A stretch of DNA of 64,000 nt, taken from assembly GCA_964016885.1 (NCBI GenBank), contig OZ024741.1:149234001-149298000 (forward strand), written 5' to 3'. The translations under genes were made by a program, and so were the position numbers. The DNA is from Eledone cirrhosa. Its lineage: Eukaryota. Positions 13,300-26,634 of the stretch are shown in pieces. Every line of letters begins with the position of its first letter. Position 1 is the first letter of the stretch. Below the pieces are notes generated by a model that saw nothing but the letters and a program-made list of their open reading frames with translations, did not search any database and was not told where the DNA came from.

Positions 13300-13772
13300 C
13301 TGGAGTCCAAGATTCTGGCAATCGACTTTTTTCCCGGAGAAAAGAGGGAGTAGGTGGTGTGCTCACCCCTTTTTTTCGCATGTTATCAACGAATATGACC
13401 TCCAAACCAGTCGTATCCGAAAGTAGGTGAGAAAGGATGAAAAGACCATTGGAGTCTCGCAGATCTACACACCTCTCGCGTTTGATGGGAAATAATTATC
13501 TTTTCTTTTTTTCTGGACCTCTTAGATGCTTGCAATAGACTTTTTCCCGGAAAAACGGAAACCCTGGCCCTAAAACTAACCTTAACCTTAAACCTAAAAC
13601 TAACCCTAAACTTAACTCTAACCCGTGAAAAAAAAGTCTATTGCAAGCATCAAAGAGGTCCAGAAAAAAAAACCCCATAGACTGCGAAACTCCAATGGTC
13701 TTTTCACTCTCTTTCACCCCAGTTTTTCTACAAGTGTAGTTGGTTCCGGGGTCCTATTCGTTGATAACATAT
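13300..13772. mobile_element. Foldback/MITE-like element with long TIRs and a central degenerate telomere-like (CCCTAA)n core
   Basis: Arms ~13380-13550 and ~13625-13772 are reverse complements. Centre: ccctaaaactaaccttaaccttaaacctaaaactaaccctaaacttaactctaaccc. Second copy at 47855-48309 + 51135-51196. Confidence 0.65.
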
Positions 13773-15231
13773 ATTCAAAATAGAGTGCACACAGGACATA
13801 GACAATGGGGGAAAAAACGGAATGACGATCATTCCCATCTCCTCAGTCAACCCCTAGAAATCACTATGGTTTCGGTTCATTAAGGTTGTACCAATCATTC
13901 CAGTATACATTAGAATATAACAAAACAGATAGAAACAAGTTATGCCTTTAAGCAAATTACACAAATATAGAGTGCGCAAGAGTTTAGCCAAACTTTGTTT
14001 ATATTAAATAAGCTCTCTTGCAACAGATTGGGCACAGTTTTCCTTGATTTTTTATCTACGGATTTCTACACACAGACATATATATATATATATCATATAT
14101 GTATATGTGTGTCTGTGTTTATGTGTGCTGTGATGGGAGGAGTAGAAAGAGGCGAGACATGACCTAGCGAATATAGTAAGAATGGGTGATGGGAGGAGGG
14201 AGACAATGTATGTTGAATACAGATTGGAGGGGGTAGGCTTTGTGATTGCTTTGAGGGTGAGGAAGAACTAAAACTTACTGAATATTGTGAGGTTTGTGGT
14301 GGGAGTTTAGAATTGTAGGCTGTGAGAAACTGGAGGAGAGAGGATGTTTATTGCTGAGGCAAATGCGGGAGGTGGTGGCTTGCTAAACCCTTCGGTGATG
14401 GTCGTGTTGTTGGAGATAAGGCACAATGATCCAACAGAAAATGTTTTTAAAAAGAGTTTGTTAATTCATATGTTTATAGTATCTATACTAGTGAACAGGA
14501 AATTGTGAAAATTTAGATTGTTAAAATAAAGACTTTAATATTTAATGTGATGTAGTCATTGTGCTGCTTTGTAATTTTCAAGATTGTTTTACTAATGTGG
14601 TACAGGACATTAAGATTTAAAGGGTTAATCCTACCATTCTGTGGTACAGGATTAACCTTTTGAACACTTAATGATGTGATTAAGATCTGACCAAGTACGT
14701 TGACAGAGAAATCATTTAGTGGAATTAATGAGAACAGACACACATACACACTAACATTTCTAGCCAGCATATAAGAGTCAATGTCTAAATGTTAAGCTAG
14801 CTATAAATAAATGAGGTCACATCCGTATGTATTTTGCTCTGTGAATTTAGGTCCCCATGGCGGGCCCATTACCAAGAGGTGGTACAGCCCCCCCCCCCCC
14901 CACCCTTAAAAACGTCCTGAAATACGTTACTTATGAAAGAGTGTCACCCCAGAATATTGTGAATCCCCCCTCTCTCAGAGCACCAAAGCCTATTGACGAG
15001 CATGTCCCAAGATAGCCTTTTCAGCAACTTGGGATAGAGATCTGATTGACCAAATCTGACTGAGATCAATAAACAATATGACAGTCATGTAATAATTTAT
15101 GTTCTTATATGGTAACGCGCGCGCGTGTGGGAGAGAGCGAGGGGGGAGGGATTTAGTAATAACTTTCTATAGCAAAGGCAATAATAGTCATACAAATAAT
15201 TACAAATAAAACTAAGAATAAAACACAGATT

Positions 15232-18200
15232 ACTATCATTGCTATCTCAATAATATATGTCTAGACAATGTGGAAGAACACTCTCCTAATACACAGCCCA
15301 CTACCATTGCTATCTCAATGATATATGTCTAGACAATGTGGGAGAACACTCTCCTAATACACAGCCCACTACCATTGCTATCTCAATGATATATGTCTAG
15401 ACAATGTGGAAGAACACTCTCCTAATACACAGCCCACTACCATTGCTATCTCAATAATATATGTCTAGACAATGTGGAAGAACACTCTCCTAATACACAG
15501 CCCACTACCATTGCTATCTCAATGATATATACCTGGACAATGTGGGAGAACACTCTCCTAATACACAGCCCACTACCATTGCTATCTCAATAATATATGT
15601 CTGGACAATGTGGGAGAACACTCTCCTAATACACAGCCCACTACCATTGCTATCACAATGATATATGTCTGGACAATGTGGGAGAACACTCTCCTAATAC
15701 ACAGCCCACTACCATTGCTATCTCAATGATATATGTCTGGACAATGTGGAAGAACACTCTCCTAATTCACAGCCCACTACCATTGCTATCTCAATAATAT
15801 ATGTCTGGACAATGTGGGAGAACACTCTCCTTATACACAGCCCACTACCATTGCTATCTCAATGATACATGTCTGGACAATGTGGGAGAACACTCTCCTA
15901 ATACACAGCCCACTACCATTGCTATCTCAATAATATATGTCTAGACAATGTGGAAGAACACTCTCCTAATACACAGTCCACTACCATTGCTATCTCAATG
16001 ATACATGTCTGGACAATGTGGGAGAACACTCTCCTAATACACAGCCCACTACCATTGCTATCACAATGATATATACCTGGACAATGTGGGAGAACACTCT
16101 CCTAATACACAGTCCACTACCATTGCTATCTCAATGATATATGTCTGGACAATGTGGAAGAACACTCTCCTAATACACAGTCCACTACCATTGCTATCAC
16201 AATAATATATGTCTGGACAATGTGGGAGAACACTCTCCTAATACACAGCCCACTACCATTGCTATCTCAATGATATATGTCTGGACAATGTGGGAGAACA
16301 CTCTCCTTATACACAGCCCACTACCATTGCTATCACAATGATATATGTCTAGACAATGTGGGAGAACACTCTCCTAATACACAGCCCACTACCATTGCTA
16401 TCTCAATGATATATGTCTGGACAATGTGGGAGAACACTCTCCTTATACACAGCCCACTACCATTGCTATCACAATGATATATGTCTAGACAATGTGGGAG
16501 AACACTCTCCTAATACACAGCCCACTACCATTGCTATCTCAATGATATATGTCTAGACAATGTGGGAGAACACTCTCCTAATACACAGCCCACTACCATT
16601 GCTATCTCAATGATATATGTCTGGACAATGTGGGAGAACACTCTCCTAATACACAGCCCACTACCATTGCTATCTCAATGATATATACCTGGACAATGTG
16701 GGAGAACACTCTCCTAATACACAGCCCACTACCATTGCTATCTCAATGATATATGTCTGGACAATGTGGGAGAACACTCTCCTAATACACAGCCCACTAC
16801 CATTGCTATCTCAATGATATATACCTGGACAATGTGGGAGAACACTCTCCTAATACACAGCCCACTACCATTGCTATCACAATGATATATGTCTAGACAA
16901 TGTGGGAGAACACTCTCCTTATACACAGCCCACTACCATTGCTATCTCAATAATATATGTCTGGACAATGTGGGAGAACACTCTCCTTATACACAGCCCA
17001 CTACCATTGCTATCTCAATAATATATGTCTGGACAATGTGGGAGAACACTCTCCTTATACACAGCCCACTACCATTTCTATCTCAATAATATATGTCTGG
17101 ACAATGTGGGAGAACACTCTCCTAATACACAGCCCACTACCATTGCTATCTCAATAATATATGTCTGGACAATGTGGGAGAACACTCTCCTAATACACAG
17201 TCCACTACCATTGCTATCTCAATGATATATGTCTAGACAATGTGGGAGAACACTCTCCTAATACACAGCCCACTACCATTGCTATCACAATGATATATGT
17301 CTGGACAATGTGGGAGAACACTCTCCTAATACACAGCCCACTACCATTGCTATCTCTGATATATGTCTGGACAATGTGGGAGAACACTCTCCTAATACAC
17401 AGTCCACTACCATTGCTATCACAATGATATATGTCTGGACAATGTGGGAGAACACTCTCCTAATACACAGCCCACTACCATTGCTATCACAATGATATAT
17501 GTCTGGACAATGTGGGCGAACACTCTCCTAATACACAGCCCACTACCATTGCTATCACAATGATATATGTCTGGACAATGTGGGAGAACACTCTCCTTAT
17601 ACACAGCCCACTACCATTGCTATCTCAATGATATATGTCTGGACAATGTGGAAGAACACTCTCCTTATACACAGCCCACTACCATTGCTATCTCAATGAT
17701 ATATGTCTAGACAATGTGGGAGAACACTCTCCTAATACACAGCCCACTACCATTGCTATCTCAATGATATATGTCTGGACAATGTGGGCGAACACTCTCC
17801 TTATACACAGCCCACTACCATTGCTATCACAATGATATATGTCTAGACAATGTGGGAGAACACTCTCCTAATACACAGCCCACTACCATTGCTATCTCAA
17901 TGATATATGTCTAGACAATGTGGGAGAACACTCTCCTAATACACAGCCCACTACCATTGCTATCTCAATGATATATGTCTGGACAATGTGGGCGAACACT
18001 CTCCTTATACACAGCCCACTACCATTGCTATCACAATGATATATGTCTAGACAATGTGGGAGAACACTCTCCTAATACACAGCCCACTACCATTGCTATC
18101 TCAATGATATATGTCTAGACAATGTGGGAGAACACTCTCCTAATACACAGCCCACTACCATTGCTATCACAATGATATATGTCTAGACAATGTGGGAGAA

Positions 18201-19628
18201 CACTCTCCTAATACACAGTCCACTACCATTGCTATCTCAATGATATATGTCTAGACAATGTGGGAGAACACTCTCCTAATACACAGCCCACTACCATTGC
18301 TATCTCAATGATATATGTCTAGACAATGTGGGAGAACACTCTCCTTATACACAGCCCACTACCATTGCTATCACAATGATATATGTCTAGACAATGTGGG
18401 AGAACACTCTCCTAATACACAGTCCACTACCATTGCTATCTCAATGATATATGTCTAGACAATGTGGGAGAACACTCTCCTAATACACAGCCCACTACCA
18501 TTGCTATCTCAATGATATATGTCTAGACAATGTGGAAGAACACTCTCCTAATACACAGCCCACTACCATTGCTATCACAATAATATATGTCTGGACAATG
18601 TGGGAGAACACTCTCCTAATACACAGCCCACTACCATTGCTATCACAATGATATATGCCTGGACAATGTGGGAGAACACTCTCCTAATACACAGCCCACT
18701 ACCATTGCTATCTCAATGATATATACCTGGACAATGTGGGAGAACACTCTCCTAATACACAGCCCACTACCATTGCTATCTCAATGATATATGTCTAGAC
18801 AATGTGGGAGAACACTCTCCTTATACACAGCCCACTACCATTGCTATCTCAATGATATATGTCTGGACAATGTGGGAGAACACTCTCCTTATACACAGCC
18901 CACTACCATTGCTATCTCAATGATATATGTCTAGACAATGTGGGAGAACACTCTCCTTATACACAGCCCACTACCATTGCTATCACAATGATATATGTCT
19001 AGACAATGTGGGCGAACACTCTCCTAATACACAGCCCACTACCATTGCTATCTCAATGATATATGTCTAGACAATGTGGAAGAACACTCTCCTAATACAC
19101 AGCCCACTACCATTGCTATCTCAATGATATATGTCTAGACAATGTGGAAGAACACTCTCCTAATACACAGCCCACTACCATTGCTATCACAATTATATAT
19201 GTCTGGACAATGTGGAAGAACACTCTCCTAATACACAGCCCACTACCATTGCTATCTCAATGATATATGTCTAGACAATGTGGAAGAACACTCTCCTAAT
19301 ACACAGCCCACTACCATTGCTATCTCAATGATATATGTCTGGACAATGTGGGAGAACACTCTCCTAATACACAGCCCACTACCATTGCTATCACAATGAT
19401 ATATGTCTGAACAATGTGGGAGAACACTCTCCTTATACACAGTCCACTACCATTGCTATCTCAATGATATATGTCTGGACAATGTGGGAGAACACTCTCC
19501 TAATACACAGCCCACTACCATTGCTATCTCAATGATATATGTCTAGACAATGTGGAAGAACACTCTCCTAATACACAGTCCACTACCATTGCTATCTCAA
19601 TGATACATGTCTGGACAATGTGGGAGAA
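15232..19628. repeat. 68-bp tandem satellite, ~65 copies
   Basis: Unit cactaccattgctatctcaatgatatatgtctggacaatgtgggagaacactctcctaatacacagcc. ORF starts recur every 68 bp (16889, 16957, 17025). Confidence 0.97.
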
Positions 19629-19849
19629 TGAACTTCAATGTTGAACCCCAAGTGCAAGTCACCTCATGATTCTATCAGACAGGATGATTTAACTCGAGTA
19701 TGTAACTGGCTTAACCTGGCCAAATATCTAATGTATTTAACATTATCTCTCATTGAGTAGTACACAATTATCAAGAATGACAGGCACCTATTGTATATTC
19801 AGGGCAAATTGAAGTTTTCTTAAATTACACTTTTGTCCTTTGCCAATGA

Positions 19850-20680
19850 TGAAGGCATGGCTGAATGGCTAAAAAATTAAATTCACAATCATGAAGTTTT
19901 GGGTTCAATCCTACTGTATGGCATCTTTGACAAGTGACTTTTACGATAGCCTGAAGTCAACCCAAGCCTTGTGGGTGAAATTAGATAGACAGAAACTGTG
20001 TAGATGCCTGTCAAATGGATTATATCTGTAATTCAAAGGGCCAGTCTTGTCACACATTGCAATGCTGAATTTCCTTGCGAACTACATTAAAGGCACATGC
20101 GTGTGTGGAATACACAGCCACTAACACATTATTTTCATGACTAGACCTTTCCATTGATTGAACAACTGGAACATTCATCAACCATATTGATGGAGGTCCA
20201 TTTGCTAATGGTATAATGTACTTCTACATAAGGAGGGAACACACACATCTAAATGAGAAGATAACCATGTGAACCTCTCATTTGCTCCATCTACATCTGT
20301 TTAGTGAAATATTGGTCAGATCAACTGCTGTCTATGTAACTTCTGAGGATCAAGTGGATGCAGCATGACCAAATGGTTAAGAAGTTTACTTTGCAATCAT
20401 TAGGTCTTAGGTTCAATGCATCTTAGGCAAGTGTTATTTACCATAGTCTCAGGTCCACTCATGCCTTGTGAGGAAAATTTCATAGACAGAAATTGTTTAT
20501 ATGCCTGTCAGACAGACTTTACCAGTAATTCAGAAGGCTAGCATTGTCATGTGAAGGTGCGTGGCTTAGTGGTTAGAAAGTTGGATTTGCAGTTATGAGG
20601 TTGCAAGTTCAATTCTCGGACTGGGTGATGTGTTGTGTCCTTGAGCAAGATACTTTATTTCACACTGCTCCTTCAGCCAG
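19850..20680 (+). mobile_element. Cluster of three decayed tRNA-derived CORE-type SINEs
   Basis: Heads at ~19852, ~20365 and ~20555 have A/B-box-like tggcttagtggttag...gttcaa, followed by a CORE-like tgtgtccttgagcaagatacttt motif. Confidence 0.6.
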
Positions 20681-21189
20681 GAGTTGTAACTGGTAGATAG
20701 TATCAGCAATGGAAAGACCAATGGAAACATTGTTTTCTTGGTTTGACAAGGTCCATCCCACTCGGCAAGCGAATGAGGTCTGGGATCTTGTCAATTGATC
20801 AGATTACCCTAAGAAATACATTAATGGTAGCCTTGTTTATGGAATACTCATCCATTTACACATTAATTTCATGTTTGAGGAGTCATTTCAGTTTGAAGAG
20901 CTCCAGGTTTGTGCCAAAACATTCTGAGGTTTCACAAGATAAGCAGTCTTTTAATAAAATTTAATTAAAAAATTTACATTTGTTGTTTTATATTTGAATA
21001 CATTTTCTCTCTAAAATCAATGTTGTTTGATATAATATTTAAATAAAATTAAGATGGTGAAGATTATCTGAAAAATATAGATAGGGGCTCTGGGAATTTT
21101 AGAAAAACATATAAGTGTTTCACAACAAAATAAGGGAACCACTGGTTTATAGTATTATACTTCTCTTATTTGAAATTTCTAGTTATTTC

Positions 21190-21425
21190 CAGTATTATCT
21201 GTAATATCTATATTCTGTTGTTATATCTATATTGCCAACATCTGTTATATCTATATTACCAACATCTTATATCTATTTTACCAACATCTGTTGCGATATC
21301 TATGTTTACTATAACTGTTGTTATATCTATATTACCAACATCTGTTGTTATAACTATATTTCCAACATCTGTTGCTATATCTATATTTACTATAGCTGTT
21401 GTTATATCTATATTTACTCTATATT
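21190..21425. repeat. Degenerate ~27-bp minisatellite immediately upstream of the ODH splice acceptor
   Basis: Repeated atatctatattaccaacatctgttgtt-like units. Confidence 0.75.
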
Positions 21426-21442
21426 GTAGGCTTTAACCAATT

Positions 21443-22660
21443 ATGGAGCAACCTGATGTTTTGGTGAAGTTGCTGATCTGTGGAGGTGGAAATGGAGCAC
21501 ACGTATTGACTGGGCTCGCTTCATCTCGCAGGAATGTCCAAGTCAATGTGATGTCCCTGTTTGCAGATGAAGCTGAGCGATTCAGGAACACATTGGGTGA
21601 TGATGAATTCATTGTAGACTTTCAAGAAAAAGATGGAAGCAGCAAGGTCATCAAATCCCGACCAAACATGGTTACCAATGATCCTTCAAAAGCTGTTCCA
21701 GGCTGTAACCTCATCATTTTCACTGTACCAGCATTTGCTCATGAAGGCTACTTTAAAGCTATTGCACCTTATATTGAGCCAGACACTGTAGTTGTTGGTC
21801 TTCCAAGTCAGCCTGGCTTTCAGTTCCAATGTTGTGATCTGTTAGGCATTGGAGGAAAGAGTTGCGCCATTGTCTCTTTTGAGTCTTTGCCATGGGCATG
21901 CCGAATTAAGCAATTCGCTCGAGAAGTTCAAGTTCTCGGTCCAAAAGACACCTTAGCATGTGCAATTATCAAACGCGGATGTCGACCCCATTTTCCTATT
22001 CTACCCACCATACAGTATATCATTGGTAAAGAACCTAAACTCACCCTTGCTTCCAACTATCTATCTATCAATCTGTTAGCAGATTCGGTTGTTCATCCAC
22101 CAATGATGTATGGTACATGGAAGGACTGGGATGGCCAACCAGTCAGCGAGAAACCTTTGTTCTATCAAGGTCTCAATGACTTTGCTGCTGATATGCTTGA
22201 TAAAGTTAGCACAGAGTTGTTCAACACTGCCCAAGTTATCCAGCAGCAGCACCCAGACATGGATATGAGTGATGTCATTCATCTATTTGACTGGTACAAA
22301 CTTAATTACAAGGAGAGTATCTCTGACTTCAGTACTCTGCAAACAGCCATGCGCACATGCAAGGCTTACAATGGGCTGGTACACCCAATGAAAGAAGTCG
22401 GTGATGGCAAATTTGTTCCTGACTTCAACTACCGTTACATGACTGAAGATCTTCCTTTTGGTATGGTGGTGTTCCGTGGTATTGCTCAGATAGCTGGAGT
22501 ACCTACCCCAGCCATGGATGAAACCATTCTCTGGGGTCAGAAGATCCTTGGTAAAGAATTTCTGGTGGACGGTGAGTTGAAAGGCAAAGACATGGGTATG
22601 ACCCGTGCTCCACAACGTTACCATTTCAACAGTCTGTTCGAGTTGGTTAACCTGCGATAA
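21443..22660 (+). CDS. odh: Octopine/opine dehydrogenase (NAD-dependent), 405 aa, single coding exon
   Basis: Rossmann CGGGNGAH, LFADEAER, TVPAFAHEGYF, GLPSQPG, ESLPWACR, catalytic VHP, PLFYQG, RYMTED and TRAPQRY match scallop octopine dehydrogenase as I recall it. Acceptor ttgtag| at 21429, 13 nt before the ATG. Confidence 0.95.
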   Translation: MEQPDVLVKLLICGGGNGAHVLTGLASSRRNVQVNVMSLFADEAERFRNTLGDDEFIVDFQEKDGSSKVIKSRPNMVTNDPSKAVPGCNLIIFTVPAFAHEGYFKAIAPYIEPDTVVVGLPSQPGFQFQCCDLLGIGGKSCAIVSFESLPWACRIKQFAREVQVLGPKDTLACAIIKRGCRPHFPILPTIQYIIGKEPKLTLASNYLSINLLADSVVHPPMMYGTWKDWDGQPVSEKPLFYQGLNDFAADMLDKVSTELFNTAQVIQQQHPDMDMSDVIHLFDWYKLNYKESISDFSTLQTAMRTCKAYNGLVHPMKEVGDGKFVPDFNYRYMTEDLPFGMVVFRGIAQIAGVPTPAMDETILWGQKILGKEFLVDGELKGKDMGMTRAPQRYHFNSLFELVNLR

Positions 22661-22887
22661 ATTCCTTATTGATCTCCAACAATAATTCTTGCAGTAATTT
22701 TTTGCTGCACACTTTTTGCATGTGTATTTTCGTAATTTATATTAACACGATGAACTGAAACTCTAGAATTTATACTAAAATGATAAACGACAACTGTAAT
22801 ATGATTTTCAAGAACTGAAATCTCTTATTATATAATTATGCAGTCCTAACATTTAATCAGTTTCAAATGTTCTGGTTATCTTCCACC

Positions 22888-22893
22888 AATAAA
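22888..22893 (+). promoter_or_regulatory. Candidate polyadenylation signal of odh
   Basis: AATAAA 228 nt after the stop, followed by T/GT-rich sequence (tttttttgttgtg). Confidence 0.6.
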
Positions 22894-23799
22894 GCTTTAT
22901 AAAGTAACTATTTTTTTTGTTGTGCTATGAAATAATGTTGATTTTGAGTTTTATGTTGTTGTTGGTGGTGGTGGTATTTGGCCCCATGTCAGTTCTGACT
23001 GAGCAGACCTCTGATTATAGACATTCTAACCATGACCATCTAGTTTGTATATCTGGAACTATATTGTCCACAATGTGTCTTTGTTCTTATAAAACAGTCA
23101 AGTGTGATTTGAAGGAGATTTGGTTGCTATTATTTCTTGCATAAGAGATCCCAGTTTTGCATAGATTAGTTTTTTTCCTACAATGGTCTCTGACTGATGA
23201 TGATGATGATGACGACGATGACATTCACTATGACTTTACATGAATTCTTCCTTCACCTAGCACTGTGCTCAAAAAGTTTGCTTTGCAGGCATTTGGTTTT
23301 GGAGTTGATCTCACCATGCAACACTTTGGAGAAGTCTTCTTTCATAGCCTCATGTTGACCAATGTTTTGTGGCCTCTCAGCATCACATATGACTTGTATC
23401 AAATTCTCCCAAAATATACCTTGAAACCATGAGCTCCTTAGCAATGGCACTGACTTTCTAGGGTTCTTATCAATAATTTTCTGCAACTTTCATAGAAATT
23501 TGGGTGTTCTCATGGTATTAGGACCCTTAGCAGGCTTCTTGCAGCTCTTTGTGAACTTTGTCAACAAAAGATCATGCAACTTTCAGGAAGCAAACAAACT
23601 CTAAATCTATGCTCTGCTTTTAAGGCAACGATTACAGCATACCTTTTCGTTTGCTGAGTTAGTTTGATGTCTGTCATCATTTATCTGAAAAGAAATGATA
23701 ATCAGAATATGTTAGAAAAAGTTAGAACTAATAAAAGACATGTCCTCAAAGAACTGAGCAGCTCTGTTCATGCATGTATTTATATATATATATATATCT

Positions 23800-24990
23800 T
23801 CTTCTTAGCCAGTTTCAACCTGGGCCACAACAACAAAGTACCACCACCACACGTCTTGGTTCAACATCACGACCTTGAGGTTCTGATAGCAGTCCAGGCC
23901 AGTGTCTTTGATCAGGTTGTCGATGTAAGTGAATCAGTGTTTTCCTCTCCATAAAATTCCATGAAATGGGTTCCAAAGGATTAACTTGGATGCTTCCAGT
24001 TCAGGGTGTTGTAGACAATGACCACATGTGAAGCGGTCTTTGTCTGATCTTTTCACTGACTTTTGGCATAAAAGTAATTAGTTATCATATGTTGCTGCCA
24101 TTCACATTCATACCAACCTTGTGTAGCAACTGTTTAGTCGGCTTAACTTCTCAATCAGTGTCCATGATTCACAGCCATACAAAAGTAGGAATTCAACAGT
24201 TACAAGGAACAGTTTGATTTTGATCCTTCTAGGCAATTTTCAGTGCCAGATTTTCTTTGATTTGGGATATGCTGTCCATGCTTGCACCCTCCTCACCTTC
24301 ATATATGCTTCAGGACTGTTCACCCAACTACCTAAGTACTTAATGTCTTCAACAACATTCAATTTGGAACCACTCAATTAGAACAGTTTGGTGTTACTCG
24401 ATTGGTTGAAGATCATATATTTAGTTTTCTTGACATTTGTATACAGTCCAATTTTAGCAGACGATGTTTCCACACTTCTTAGCTGCTCTTGTGCTTAATT
24501 GATTTCATCTGACAACAATGTTATATCATCAGTCTGCGATGGTTACTGCTGGTTCTCTTTCAGATCTCTGCTGGTCAATAGTGAAGCCAAGGCTTTCTTG
24601 CCTATTTTCTATAACCTGCCATATTACAGACAATAACAAACAGGTAAGGTGCAAGTGTCACGTCGTAGTACCCCAGCAACAATTCAGAAGAATTCTGTTT
24701 CTCCGTCAAGTAACAACACAGAAGGTCTGGTCCTTCATAGGTCTTTGCAACGACAAAAACTAGTTCTTCAGGGATGCTATATGCTCACAGAAACTTCAAC
24801 ATCTTGCCACAACGAATGCTATCAAAGGCTTTATTGAAGTCCACAAAGGTGATGATGGCAGGAAATTGTCTTGATGTTGTAGATCACCCAGGTCTAAATT
24901 AATTTTGGTTTGTTGTCACGTGACTATCGAGTATTGGTTGAATCCTGTTAAGAATCATTCTGTTGATGACCTTGAGTGAGATGTTGGACA
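23800..24990 (-). mobile_element. Decayed LINE (RTE-related) RT 3' half
   Basis: Minus-strand remnants: DDITLL, KYLGSW, LLLYGCESWTL, RPLHMWSLS. Frameshifted. Confidence 0.55.
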
Positions 24991-25059
24991 TCAATATACA
25001 TACTTTATCTGTAGGGGGAGTTATGTATAATCAGTTACAACAGTGATATATACAGGTAC

Positions 25060-25420
25060 TTAAAAAAATAAAGTATAGGTGAGTTCTAAGGGCATATGTC
25101 ACTGCTGTAACAGAGATAACTGCTGAGATGCTAAAAGCATTGAGAGAATTAGGAGTCAAACTAGTAACCCACATAGTCAATCATGTAATACAGGATGGTG
25201 TCATACCCAATGACAGGAACAGTAAATTGCTACAAGAGCAAAGGTGATGCCCAAGAGAGGAGCAGCTATAGAGGAATAAAACTAATTGATCAAGTTATGA
25301 AAGTGGTGGAAAGAGATATAGCACAAGTAATTAGAGAAAGAGTCAAATTAGACGAGATGCTGTTTAGTTTCATGCCTGGGAAAAGTACTACAGGTGCCCT
25401 CTTTTACGTAAAAACGATGA
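25060..25420 (+). mobile_element. RTE LINE fragment
   Basis: VNCYKSKGDA..SSYRGIKLIDQVMKVVER..QVIRERV is homologous to 61563-63182. Confidence 0.8.
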
Positions 25421-26634
25421 TGATGATGATATGTATATGTAAAAAAGTAAATGGAAACAACAAAGCAAACAACACAGTACAATGAAGAAATATATTTGAT
25501 TAATGCTTGATATATGAAAAATGTCTTTATGTTTCTAACTAATTCTTATTTATTCTGGCAGAATCGATGATGCACCGTGAATCTGAAACTAAGTATCAGA
25601 AAATCTATGGTGTACCTGTATTAACTCATTTGAAAGGAAGACAACACAAATGAGATCATGAATAGCTATTAAAGATGTGCTTAAGTTTATGTATACAGGG
25701 GAGATAACTGTGCAGATATGAACATATATAAATAACAAGGAATTCTAGTTGAAAAACATGGTATGCAGTATCAGAAAATGGTAGCCATGGTAGAAAAAGA
25801 TATGGTGAGGTTAGACTGGAGTGCTGTAAGATGTAGCTAAGTGCACCATCAAAATTTCTGAAAATTACAAACTAAATATAAAGTCTTGATAATTATATTT
25901 CATTTATTAAATATACAATTAAATACTTAATAATTTCCTCAAGTTTAAGTTATTGATAGGCTAAAATGTCTTTTAATCATCATCCTTGAATTTGACTTTT
26001 CTGCTGGCAAGAGTTGGACAGGTCTTTACAGACTGAATCAGTATTTAAGTGGAGCTACTGACCTTTCAGGTGGGCTGGCTGGTTTACATGTTTCTGCACC
26101 CTAACAATGGCACCAGCCCTAGGGAGGTTGTCATGGCTGAAAAGTCCTTTTTAATATATTTTTTACTTCATGCACAAAGTACACCAAAATATTTTTATTT
26201 GTTCTAAAGTATACTATGATTTTATATATATATATATAAGAAGGTAGTACAGCATAATCGAAGCTCTGGTTGCGGGCAAGCTAACGAATGCTGTCGGGAA
26301 GTGCAGCCAAACGCACTCAATAAGGAATTTTACCTTAGAGTTATAACATTACGTTTAGACAGCTATGCAAATTTGAAGCCAGCGACCGAAAAGCGAGCCG
26401 CTAGAACCAGAACAACGAAAAAACCGACTCAGGGATATATATATATATATATATAGTTTGTGAATAACTGACAGTTACTTCTTCAATATTCTGAGTGTTG
26501 ACTTTACATTTCAGCCATCTAAAGTAAATATAATCAACATTTATAAATGAGTCAGTGTTGGATATTTGTTTCAGGTCTTTGTGTTCTGAATTCAAATCTC
26601 ACTAAAGTTCACTTTGCCTTTCATTTCCTTAAGG

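Noticed and set aside
15232-19628. CRISPR-like array, or coding ORFs in the 68-bp repeat
   Set aside because: Units are contiguous with no unique spacers, there are no cas genes, and the context is eukaryotic. The ORFs are short by-products of the repeat.
22076-22624. Minus-strand ORFs overlapping odh
   Set aside because: Antisense shadows of the real CDS.
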